From: Bacilli bacterium
Lineage (GTDB): Bacteria; Bacillota_I; Bacilli_A; RFN20; CAG-826
Direction of reading: 5' to 3'
Length of the DNA stretch: 49,893 nucleotides
Assembly: GCA_040396875.1 (NCBI GenBank)
Contig: JBBAWZ010000003.1
Span: forward strand, 1 to 49,893
Position numbers and translations under genes: made by a program. Below are positions 42,505 to 49,893 of the stretch, piece after piece. The notes beneath the pieces are model-generated. The model did no database searches, was not told the DNA's origin, and saw only the letters and a list, made by a program, of their open reading frames with translations. How positions within the stretch are numbered: position 1 is the first letter of the stretch; each line of letters starts with the position of its first letter.

Positions 42505-43602
42505 ATGGCAGAAGTAGTATTGAAGAATATTAATAAAGTTTATGACAATAAGGTTCAAGCTGTTTTTGATTTTAATCTTGAAGTCAAAGATAAGGAATTT
42601 ATTGTTTTAGTTGGTCCATCAGGATGTGGTAAATCCACTACCTTAAGGATGATTGCCGGTCTTGAAGATATTACCAGCGGTGAACTATTTATCGATGGCA
42701 CATTGCGAAATGACACCCCACCCAAGGATCGTGACATTGCAATGGTGTTCCAATCTTATGCGCTTTATCCCCACATGACTGTTTTTGATAACTTAGCCTT
42801 CGGTTTAAAAATTCGCCACATCAATAAAGAAGAAATTCGTGAAAGAGTTTATCGCGCTGCTAAGATTCTCGAAATTGAAAAATTATTAGATCGTAAACCA
42901 AAGCAACTCTCTGGTGGTCAACGTCAACGGGTAGCCTTGGGACGAGCTATTGTCAGAAATGCAAAAGTGTTTTTAATGGATGAACCTTTATCGAACCTTG
43001 ATGCAAAGTTACGTGTTCAAATGCGTGCAGAAATCATCAAACTCCACGAAAGTATTGGCGCTACCACCATTTATGTTACGCACGATCAAACCGAAGCGAT
43101 GACGATGGCAAGCCGTATTGTGGTCATGAAGGGTGGTTATGTGATGCAAATTGGTTCGCCAATTGAAATCTATAATAATCCAGCCAATTTATTCGTGGCA
43201 GCTTTTATCGGTTCTCCAGCGATGAACTTGATGGACGTCAAATATAAAGAAGGTAAGATTTATTTTGCAGATGGTTTAAAAGTTGAATTACCAGAAAAAT
43301 TCAAGAAAGCATTAAAGTCTTATGAAAATAAGGATGTTGTTTTTGGGATTCGTCCAGAAGATTCCCACCGCGAAGATGCGGCTTTAGAAAAACTTTACCC
43401 TACTGCTATCTTAAAGAGCACCATTAAGGTTGCTGAATTATTAGGACATGAATATATTATTCACACCGACTTAGCGGGCAATAACTTAATCAGTAAAATT
43501 GATGCGCTGCACACCTATCGTATTGGCGATAGCATTCGCCTTGTACTCAATTTAGAAAAAGCCCACGTATTTGATCGAGAAACACAAAAAACAATTATTT
43601 AA
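42505..43602 (+). CDS. Sugar ABC transporter ATP-binding protein (MalK/MsmK/UgpC type)
   Basis: Walker A GPSGCGKST, Q-loop, signature LSGGQRQR, Walker B VFLMDEPLSNLD, H-loop YVTHDQ, and a MalK-type C-terminal regulatory domain. Confidence 0.93.
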   Translation: MAEVVLKNINKVYDNKVQAVFDFNLEVKDKEFIVLVGPSGCGKSTTLRMIAGLEDITSGELFIDGTLRNDTPPKDRDIAMVFQSYALYPHMTVFDNLAFGLKIRHINKEEIRERVYRAAKILEIEKLLDRKPKQLSGGQRQRVALGRAIVRNAKVFLMDEPLSNLDAKLRVQMRAEIIKLHESIGATTIYVTHDQTEAMTMASRIVVMKGGYVMQIGSPIEIYNNPANLFVAAFIGSPAMNLMDVKYKEGKIYFADGLKVELPEKFKKALKSYENKDVVFGIRPEDSHREDAALEKLYPTAILKSTIKVAELLGHEYIIHTDLAGNNLISKIDALHTYRIGDSIRLVLNLEKAHVFDRETQKTII

Positions 43603-43616
43603 TCTTGATTGATTTG

Positions 43617-43646
43617 AAAAACCATTGCTTACCCAATGGTTTTTTT
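43617..43646 (+). terminator. Terminator after the ATPase gene
   Basis: AAAAACCATTG-CTTACC-CAATGGTTTTTTT. Confidence 0.75.
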
Positions 43647-43706
43647 CTTGCTTAAAATCCTAAAATTATCGGTATAATTTGAATGGAAAATAAAGGAGTG
43701 ACGGTT

Positions 43707-45176
43707 ATGCGTACTTCAGGTGTTTTATTAGCAGTTTCTTCCCTTCCTTCTCGCTATGGTATCGGTGACTTCGGCAAAGAAGCGCATGAATTTATTGATT
43801 TGCTTGTCAAAAGCAATATGAAACTTTGGCAAGTTTTACCATTAAATCCATTAGGATATGGTAATTCACCTTATCAACCTTATTCTTCTAAAGCGATGGA
43901 TGAATTGTATTTATCATTAGATTTACTTCATGATCAAGGTTTGATCAAAAAACCAAAGCCTTTCAAGGCCCTTGAAACGAAAGTTCACTATGATGAAGTT
44001 AGACAATATAAGAGCCAATATTATCAAGAAGCATTTAAAAAGTTTAGGCCCAACGCTGCCTATCAAAGTTTCTTAAAAGAAAATCCTTGGGTTGAAATGT
44101 ATGCTATTTTTGTCACATTTAAAGAACTCCATCAATTACAAATGTGGACGACATGGCAAAAAGATTTTAAGTCTTATGTCAAAAACAAAGCGATTGATTT
44201 AACCCCTTATTTGCCTAGAATTCAATATCATCAAATGATTCAGTATTTACTATTTCAACAATTTTATGCTTTAAAAAAATACGCAAATCGCCAAGGTATT
44301 CAAATGGTTGGCGATATTCCAATTTATGTAGGTATTGACTCGATTGATGTGTGGATGAATCAATCTCAATTTATGATTACTGCAGATGGTGAACCCACTC
44401 ATATTGCGGGTGTTCCACCTGACTATTTTTCAAAAACGGGTCAACGTTGGGGTAATCCCCTTTATCGATGGGATGTCATGGAAAAAGATGGCTTTAAATT
44501 TTGGATCGATCGATTAGGTTTTAATGCCACATTGTTCGATGTTATTCGTATCGATCATTTCCGTGCTTTTGATACCTATTGGAAAATTCCCGCGACCTGT
44601 CCAACTGCAGTCGAAGGCGCTTGGATTGAAGCTCCAGGATACGCTTTGTTTGACACCATCTATAAACAATTACCCAACATTAATATTATCGCTGAAGACC
44701 TTGGGGATTTAAGACCTCAAGTTCTACAACTCCGTGATCATTACAAGTTACCTGGGATGAAAATTTTCCAATTTGAATTTCCAATTTATCCTGATGGAAG
44801 CGGTCGTATGCCAAAACCAATTTCACCAACCTTTGTTGAAAATTCAGTCGCTTATACAGGCACACATGATAACCAAACAACGATGGGCTGGTTTGCCTCC
44901 CTTAAAGCTGCATCACAAGAACAATTAGCCATCTTTTTAAAGCCGTTTACTGGAACCGTAGCCGAGCAGTTAATCCAACTTACCCTTCAAAGCGCGGTGA
45001 AGTTCGCTATCCTGCCCATGCAAGACTTATTATCATTGGATGATACTGCAAGAATGAATGTTCCAGGAACCATCGGTTCACCGAATTGGGAATGGAAATT
45101 AAAAGACTTTTCTGCCTTTGAAACAATGATAAAAAAAATTAAAACTTGGGTGGTAAATTCAAAACGTTCTGGTTGA
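43707..45176 (+). CDS. malQ: 4-alpha-glucanotransferase (amylomaltase, GH77)
   Basis: SGVLLAVSSLPSRYGIGDFG, GDIPIYV, IRIDHFRAF, AEDLG and YTGTHDN. SD AAGGAG lies 9 nt before ATG 43707; the track start is ATG 43683. Confidence 0.92.
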   Translation: MRTSGVLLAVSSLPSRYGIGDFGKEAHEFIDLLVKSNMKLWQVLPLNPLGYGNSPYQPYSSKAMDELYLSLDLLHDQGLIKKPKPFKALETKVHYDEVRQYKSQYYQEAFKKFRPNAAYQSFLKENPWVEMYAIFVTFKELHQLQMWTTWQKDFKSYVKNKAIDLTPYLPRIQYHQMIQYLLFQQFYALKKYANRQGIQMVGDIPIYVGIDSIDVWMNQSQFMITADGEPTHIAGVPPDYFSKTGQRWGNPLYRWDVMEKDGFKFWIDRLGFNATLFDVIRIDHFRAFDTYWKIPATCPTAVEGAWIEAPGYALFDTIYKQLPNINIIAEDLGDLRPQVLQLRDHYKLPGMKIFQFEFPIYPDGSGRMPKPISPTFVENSVAYTGTHDNQTTMGWFASLKAASQEQLAIFLKPFTGTVAEQLIQLTLQSAVKFAILPMQDLLSLDDTARMNVPGTIGSPNWEWKLKDFSAFETMIKKIKTWVVNSKRSG

Positions 45177-45242
45177 AATTCACTGTGGTATGACAAGTTG
45201 GGTGTGATAAGATAAAAGCAGTTCATCCAAGGAGATTCATCC

Positions 45243-45950
45243 ATGGCCACACCTCATATTCAAGCGACATTAGGGGATTTTGCAAAAACGGTATTAATGC
45301 CAGGTGATCCTTTACGCGCGAAGTTTATTGCCGACACCTTTTTAAAAGATGTTAAACAAGTAAACGCTGTTAGAAATATGTTTGGTTTTACCGGTATTTA
45401 TAAGGGTAAACGTGTATCGATCATGGCGTCTGGCATGGGGATGCCCAGCATGGGGATTTATTCCCATGAACTCTATACGAGTTTTGGTGTTGAAACCATC
45501 ATTCGAGTTGGGACCACAGGGGCATACACTAAACATGCAAAACTCTACGATATAATTATTGCTCAAGGTGCAAGCACAGATAGCAATTGGTCAAGTCAAT
45601 TCCAACTTCGAAACGGCACTTTTTCAGCCTTAGGAAGTTATACATTAGTTGAGCATGCTGTAAAGGCGTGTCGCGATCATCGATTACCCTTTCATGTGGG
45701 TAACGTTTTAAGTAGTGATGTGTTTTATGATGTAGATGCAGATAAATGGAAAAAATGGGAAGCACTGGGTGTTCTTGGTGTTGAGATGGAAGCGTATGCT
45801 TTGTATGCAAATGCAGCAAGATTGGGTAAACAAGCTTTAGCGATGATGTCCGTTTCCGATTCCTTTCATTACAAAGAAATTCTGACACCAGAGCAACGAG
45901 AAGTTGGCTTGAAAAAAATGCTAGAAGTAGCTTTAGAAATTGCTCCATGA
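45243..45950 (+). CDS. deoD: Purine nucleoside phosphorylase, DeoD type
   Basis: MATPHIQATLGDFAKTVLMPGDPLRAKFIAD, GMGMPSMGIYSHEL, and VEMEAYALY. Confidence 0.95.
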   Translation: MATPHIQATLGDFAKTVLMPGDPLRAKFIADTFLKDVKQVNAVRNMFGFTGIYKGKRVSIMASGMGMPSMGIYSHELYTSFGVETIIRVGTTGAYTKHAKLYDIIIAQGASTDSNWSSQFQLRNGTFSALGSYTLVEHAVKACRDHRLPFHVGNVLSSDVFYDVDADKWKKWEALGVLGVEMEAYALYANAARLGKQALAMMSVSDSFHYKEILTPEQREVGLKKMLEVALEIAP

Positions 45951-46597
45951 ATATTGGCAACTTAACAAACTTACAACTAACGATTATTACCTTACTTGGA
46001 ACGTTCATCCTTGTATCACTTACCTTTTTACTTTTACCTTTTTTTAAACGTCAATATGCGATTCGTAATCTTCATAAATTATTTAATGAAAAGATTCATC
46101 GCTATGTCTTGGAAAAAGATTATTACTTGATACCGCAAGTCAAAGTGAAATTACCTGGTAACCGTGATGTCATCATTGACCATTTGGTATTTGGAAATAA
46201 ATACATATACGCAATTAAAGATTTATATTTTCAAGGTGGATTACTCGGTAAGGGAAGCGATAAAGAATGGTCTTATTATGAATATAAGTACCAAGAACCA
46301 AAATATCGATATATTCCCAATCCGTTTTTATTGAATCGTCAACGGATTGAAAAACTCATTATGGTGACAGGATTAGAACCGACACTCTTTATTTCCGTTA
46401 TTTTGGTTAATAATGATGCAATGATTAATCGGATTCCTGTAAGTGAAGACAATCAATTTATTGTCAATATTAGGCAATTCCCAAGATTACTGGATGCCAT
46501 TGAAAGCCGAGAAACACCACCCTTTAAGTCACAAATTCTTGATAAAGCTGTCATTGATATCAATGACATGAATATGAAGAATAAAAAAATAAAGTAA
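45947..46597 (+). CDS. Membrane-anchored NERD-domain protein
   Basis: N-terminal TM segment, then a NERD-like core (DVIIDHLVFGNKYIYAIKDLYFQGGLLG...WSYY...NPFLLNRQRIEKL). ATGA overlap with the deoD stop. Confidence 0.65.
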   Translation: MNIGNLTNLQLTIITLLGTFILVSLTFLLLPFFKRQYAIRNLHKLFNEKIHRYVLEKDYYLIPQVKVKLPGNRDVIIDHLVFGNKYIYAIKDLYFQGGLLGKGSDKEWSYYEYKYQEPKYRYIPNPFLLNRQRIEKLIMVTGLEPTLFISVILVNNDAMINRIPVSEDNQFIVNIRQFPRLLDAIESRETPPFKSQILDKAVIDINDMNMKNKKIK

Positions 46598-46599
46598 TA

Positions 46600-47019
46600 T
46601 TATTTCTTTAATTTTTTTTCTTTAATTAATGAATTTAAATCTTCCGTTATTTTTTTGTTTTGACCATGTTGAATTGCAATCGATATAGTGTAAATAATTA
46701 AATAAACGAACATGATGATATAAACCAAGCCAATTAATCTTGATAAAACAGGAGAATAAATCACTCTCATCATCGGTGCGATGGGTAAGATGAGTAATAA
46801 CGATACAAAGATACTAATGATGCCACTGCCCCATTTCAATTGATAAACCTTGATTGCAAAATGGATAAGAATTGAAACTAAAAACGAGCCTAGAAAGAAT
46901 TCCAACAAGAAAACTTGTCCATCAATTCTAGGAAGAACATTCGTTAAAATTGCTAAAAATCCCATGATCAATGAAACCCAAGTGTAGACTTTAGAAAAAC
47001 CACTCATCATCTTTTTCAT
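46600..47019 (-). CDS. Small 4-TM membrane protein paired with a LytTR regulator
   Basis: 139 aa with four hydrophobic segments and a Lys-rich C-terminus. ATGA overlap with the LytTR gene stop. The arrangement matches the LytTR-regulator/membrane-partner two-gene modules of Bacillota. Confidence 0.6.
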   Translation of the reverse strand: MKKMMSGFSKVYTWVSLIMGFLAILTNVLPRIDGQVFLLEFFLGSFLVSILIHFAIKVYQLKWGSGIISIFVSLLLILPIAPMMRVIYSPVLSRLIGLVYIIMFVYLIIYTISIAIQHGQNKKITEDLNSLIKEKKLKK

Positions 47020-47456
47020 TTCTTTAATGCTCCTAATTTTAATTTAATGGCCTTTAGATACAATCGACTGATCTCGACTAAATCTCCATTATCTAACATT
47101 GCTTCTAATTTGCTATTTAATAAGGGTCGAAAACTTTTTATAAAATGGAAATTAAGAATTGTGCTTTTATTAACGCGAATAAAAGGGTCACCCCAGGATT
47201 CAATTTCATATAATTTTTCAGAAACGGCATAACTATCATCTTTTGTAAAAAGGATGGTTTGTTCATCCTGGCTTTCAAAGTAATAAATGTCAAGAATAGG
47301 AATTCGGAATTGTCGTTCATTTTTTTTACCAATGACTGTTCCCTTGGATTCGATCAAAAAAGTTTTGAGTCGTTCAACATCAGGATGACCTTCTGGCGCC
47401 TCAATCGTTACCTCGGGTTCTACTTTGGTTGAGGAATATATGAATTTTAATTTCAT
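47016..47456 (-). CDS. LytTR-domain DNA-binding protein (no receiver domain)
   Basis: 146 aa. LytTR pattern (IPILDIYYFESQDEQTILFTKDDSYAVSEKLYEIE...FIRVNKSTILNFHFIKSF). There is no SD, and TATAAT lies 6 nt upstream of the ATG. Confidence 0.8.
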   Translation of the reverse strand: MKLKFIYSSTKVEPEVTIEAPEGHPDVERLKTFLIESKGTVIGKKNERQFRIPILDIYYFESQDEQTILFTKDDSYAVSEKLYEIESWGDPFIRVNKSTILNFHFIKSFRPLLNSKLEAMLDNGDLVEISRLYLKAIKLKLGALKK

Positions 47457-47500
47457 AGCATTATTATATTCAATCTTGGGTGATTACTTTTTAAAAACCT

Positions 47501-47530
47501 TAGGTAAGTTTCAATAACTTACTAGTAAGA
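47501..47530 (-). promoter_or_regulatory. Repeat cluster upstream of the LytTR gene (candidate LytTR binding sites)
   Basis: On the plus strand, GTAAG occurs at 47504-47508 and 47525-47529, spaced 21 bp, with CTTAC at 47518-47522. Together they form the inverted repeat GTAAGTT-5-AACTTAC and the 12-bp palindrome CTTACTAGTAAG. Confidence 0.45.
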
Positions 47531-47533
47531 TAC

Positions 47534-47560
47534 AAAAAAACCTCCAATTGGAGGTTTTTT
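47534..47560. terminator. Bidirectional terminator
   Basis: AAAAAAACCTCC-AATT-GGAGGTTTTTT. Confidence 0.8.
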
Positions 47561-47599
47561 GATTGATGGCTTAATTTGAAGTAATGAAGGTGAACGTCC

Positions 47600-47677
47600 T
47601 TATTGTTTCTTCTTACTAGCTTTTCCTTTTCCTTTGCTAGTTCCTTTGTTTAATTTTACCCTTAAGTTGTTTGGCAT
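47600..47677 (-). CDS. Candidate 25-aa Lys-rich small protein (not in ORF track)
   Basis: Minus strand has AAAAGGAGGAAC, 10 nt, then ATG. The product is MPNNLRVKLNKGTSKGKGKASKKKQ, ending in TAA. The terminator 47560-47534 lies about 40 nt downstream. Confidence 0.45.
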   Translation of the reverse strand: MPNNLRVKLNKGTSKGKGKASKKKQ

Positions 47678-47802
47678 ACGTTATGTTCCTCCTTTTTTCT
47701 TTTATGAGCCTTCGTAGTAGGACTTCATCCTCTCGAGGGTCTCTAGTATTAAGTTTTTCTCGACTATGTGACTGATTGTAACGAAGCTAGAATACAATTG
47801 CT

Positions 47803-47876
47803 TGGAGCAGGTGACGGGAATCGAACCCGCGTATCAACCTTGGCAAGGTTGTGTTCTACCATTGAACTACACCTGC
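47803..47876 (-). tRNA. tRNA-Gly (anticodon GCC)
   Basis: Reverse complement folds as acceptor GCAGGTG/CACCTGC, anticodon stem CAACC/GGTTG, loop TTGCCAA, T-loop TTCGATT, discriminator U, encoded CCA. Confidence 0.88.
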
Positions 47877-47887
47877 AATGCTTTTAT

Positions 47888-47917
47888 ATTATAGCGATAG
47901 TTAAGATAAACTTGCAA
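47888..47917 (-). promoter_or_regulatory. Candidate promoter for tRNA-Gly
   Basis: Minus strand: TTGCAA (47917-47912), an 18-nt spacer, then TATAAT (47893-47888), 11 nt upstream of the tRNA 5' end. Confidence 0.6.
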
Positions 47918-48036
47918 GAAATTTTCTTCTTTTCATACAACATATCAAGGAAAAAAGTCTTGAAATCTTTAATAAAAAATCTCTTTTAAATGGTATGATA
48001 TACACAGGTCAAAACATCATTCGTGGAGGGTTTGCA

Positions 48037-49893
48037 ATGAAAAAATTTATTCGACTTTTGGGGTTTGCGCTTTTGTTAGTGCTTATCGCATTTGTCGGAC
48101 TTATTGCATACTCAGTCAATTTTGATCCTAATGCTGTTTTAAGTTACTTTATGACAATTGGAATTTCAGTACTAGGTCCCCTTCTAAATTTTAGTCAACC
48201 CACCTTGATCTTTGGCTTAACCTTAGGCGTTACCATTCTGTATCTTATCCTAACGATATTCTTATTTATTTTGCTCATCACAAAATTTAAATTTATTAGA
48301 GCATTTATGACGTTATTTGGATTAATTGCCACCTTAAGTTTCGCCCTTTTATCCATCAACGGATATTTTCCTGATGCAACCTCTCTTGAAAACCTTGGAA
48401 ACCAATCTAATTTTGTTGAAATTTTATTAATTCCAGTTCAAAATCCGAGTCCTGGACTTTGGGCATCCGCCTTTTCTGGTTTAGTGGCAAGTATTGTATT
48501 TTTTACCCTGATGTTTGTCATCATGAGTATTATTGACCTTTTTCGTCACCCTTTTATCAAGCAATCCAGTCAAGTCATACCATTCGTGAAAGAAGAAACG
48601 GTGATCGCTCAAGAATTATCAAAGTTTGTGATACCGAGTCAAATTCGCCTACCGCAAACCGAAGTTCCGCTTCCCGTTAACCCAAATCAATCCTTTAATG
48701 CCTCAATGCCTATTGAAACTTCAACCTTATCGGAGCAAACGCCCATTGTCGTCCTTCCGCCAACACCCGTATTACCCGAAAAGCAAGAAATCGTGAAAGC
48801 TCGTCAAACCGTTTTACAAATGAAAGAACGAATTCGCGCTCAAATTCGTTTACAACTTTTAGAAGCAAAACAACTTGTCTTAAACGCCAGTAACAAGTCC
48901 ATTACACCTATTTCAACACCAACTGGGATTTCTCAAAAGAGTGATGAAAGTTTAAATGCTCAAGCACCGATTATAGAATCACAAGTCAATGAAATGTCTC
49001 AAGCTCAAATCCAAGAAAAAGTTAATCAAGCGATTGCCACCGAAATAGCACAATTGGAACCTAGGACAAAGGATCAAGTTAATACACTGATTAATGAAGA
49101 ACTGATTAAATACGATTCTTTAAATAGAGAAGTCATGGAAAGTCTAGTTTCAGAAAAGATTGAACAAATTATATCGACCAGTTTTGATCAATTTAAACAA
49201 GAAATGGAAGCGATGATCTCTAAATCCATTCAAGATTTCCAAACCAACCAAAAACAATTTGAACAAACTCAAACACCAACGATAACGAAAGAAAATGATA
49301 TTGAGGATCAAGTTCAAAGAATTTTACTTCAATCTCCACTTGCAAAAAAAGTTGATAATCTTGAGCAATCCATTCAACAAGTTCAACATATCGACGCCTC
49401 GAATGCTATTTCACCACTTAAGGTTTCAGACGTTGAAACATTGATCCAAAATCAAACCGTAACATTTGTTCCTCTTTTAGAAAGGGTCAGCCTCCTGCAG
49501 CAACAAGTTGAACAACTCACTCAAGGATTTGATAATTTTGAAAAAATACCATTTGTAAAACAAGAAATCTTTGACAATCAAGCTGAACTCTTAAAACAAA
49601 CTCAACAACGATTAATTCAACTTCAACAAGACCTCATTTCTTCTAAAGGAACCTTAGATCAATTTCAAATTGAAACCTTATCCAGAACAAACTCCATGCA
49701 AGAAAAAGTTTCTTCGCTGGAAATTAAGCAATTAGAAAAAGGACAAACCGCTGAAGGGATAGATGAAAATGTATTCATCTCATTACTAAGAAAACACCAA
49801 AGCATTCTACAACCTGATTTACCATTGAATGTTATTCAAGGTTTAATCGCAAATGAAATCAAGAAGCAAGTCGTGCAAACGCCAACCTTGTCA
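48037..49893 (+). CDS. Large membrane-anchored Gln/Glu-rich coiled-coil protein, 5' part (runs off window end; absent from ORF track)
   Basis: GGAGG lies 7 nt before ATG 48037. My hand translation gives 619 codons with no stop to the window end. The first ~175 aa hold about 5 hydrophobic segments (MKKFIRLLGFALLLVLIAFVGLIAY...). A Pro-rich linker (LPQTEVPLPVNPNQ...VVLPPTPVLPEKQ) follows, then >400 aa of Q/E/K/L-rich heptad-like sequence. Confidence 0.75.
   Translation, partial: MKKFIRLLGFALLLVLIAFVGLIAYSVNFDPNAVLSYFMTIGISVLGPLLNFSQPTLIFGLTLGVTILYLILTIFLFILLITKFKFIRAFMTLFGLIATLSFALLSINGYFPDATSLENLGNQSNFVEILLIPVQNPSPGLWASAFSGLVASIVFFTLMFVIMSIIDLFRHPFIKQSSQVIPFVKEETVIAQELSKFVIPSQIRLPQTEVPLPVNPNQSFNASMPIETSTLSEQTPIVVLPPTPVLPEKQEIVKARQTVLQMKERIRAQIRLQLLEAKQLVLNASNKSITPISTPTGISQKSDESLNAQAPIIESQVNEMSQAQIQEKVNQAIATEIAQLEPRTKDQVNTLINEELIKYDSLNREVMESLVSEKIEQIISTSFDQFKQEMEAMISKSIQDFQTNQKQFEQTQTPTITKENDIEDQVQRILLQSPLAKKVDNLEQSIQQVQHIDASNAISPLKVSDVETLIQNQTVTFVPLLERVSLLQQQVEQLTQGFDNFEKIPFVKQEIFDNQAELLKQTQQRLIQLQQDLISSKGTLDQFQIETLSRTNSMQEKVSSLEIKQLEKGQTAEGIDENVFISLLRKHQSILQPDLPLNVIQGLIANEIKKQVVQTPTLS

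Noticed and set aside
23934-47560. Recurrent AAAAAACCTC...GAGGTTTTTT hairpins (23934, 31727, 38001, 47534) as a dispersed repeat (REP-like) family
   Set aside because: Stems and loops differ apart from the A/T runs and a generic CCTC/GAGG core. Each sits exactly between convergent or tandem gene ends, so they are ordinary bidirectional intrinsic terminators.
47768-47989. 73-aa plus-strand ORF from the supplied track
   Set aside because: It runs antisense through tRNA-Gly(GCC) (47803-47876) and that tRNA's promoter. It has no SD and no recognisable protein features.
1-49893. Alternative genetic code (UGA = Trp, code 4), as in Mycoplasma/Spiroplasma
   Set aside because: Long genes such as polC and topA are uninterrupted under the standard code. 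TGA terminates several genes at sensible lengths with ATGA couplings (trmD, rbgA). Trp positions in conserved motifs are TGG.
48037-49893. Tandem DNA repeats or contingency-locus behaviour in the Gln-rich ORF
   Set aside because: The CAA/CAACAA richness reflects amino-acid composition. I found no exact tandem repeat units or homopolymeric tracts of notable length.

Overview
AT-rich bacterial chromosomal segment that reads with the standard code: TGA is a stop (trmD, rbgA) and Trp is TGG, so this is not a code-4 mycoplasma. Gene content and order fit a genome-reduced Bacillota/Mollicutes-type organism; Acholeplasma-like is my best guess, by inference only and without a database search.

- **1-22.3 kb:** a compacted version of the classic Bacillus-type housekeeping backbone. 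The order is plsX-rnc-(small membrane ORF)-ylxM, then an inverted block rpsP-KH-rimM-trmD-uppP on the minus strand, then rplS-lepB-rbgA-rnhB-dprA-topA-xerC-rpsB-tsf-pyrH-frr-uppS-cdsA-rseP-polC.
- **22.3-34 kb:** a mosaic of small modules, each bracketed by tRNA genes. The window holds nine tRNAs, all with C34 or G34 anticodons and all with encoded CCA. The modules are an ArsB/NhaD-type permease; an aldo-keto reductase with msrA, a free-Met-R-sulfoxide reductase and a CotH-family lipoprotein; an nqrA-less nqrBCDEF-like operon with a GNAT; and a MATE exporter.
- **34-47.5 kb:** cdaA-glmM-glmS (no cdaR, no room for a glmS ribozyme), an NfeD-SPFH pair, a NUDIX hydrolase, alpha-glucan genes (GH13 alpha-glucosidase, PucR-type HTH protein, MsmK-like ATPase, malQ), deoD, a membrane-anchored NERD protein, and a LytTR regulator with a small membrane protein.
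- **47.5-49.9 kb:** tRNA-Gly, a 25-codon Lys-rich ORF not in the supplied track, and an ORF of at least 619 codons that runs off the window end and is also missing from the track.

I saw no rRNA, CRISPR array, transposase or prophage genes. The most unusual items are the NqrA-less Nqr/Rnf hybrid operon, the CotH-like lipoprotein, the tRNA-bracketed mosaic, the LytTR module with 21-bp-phased repeats, two terminators that carry the upstream stop codon in their loop, and the two untracked ORFs. All calls rest on motif recognition by eye. Start codons and regulatory sites are provisional.
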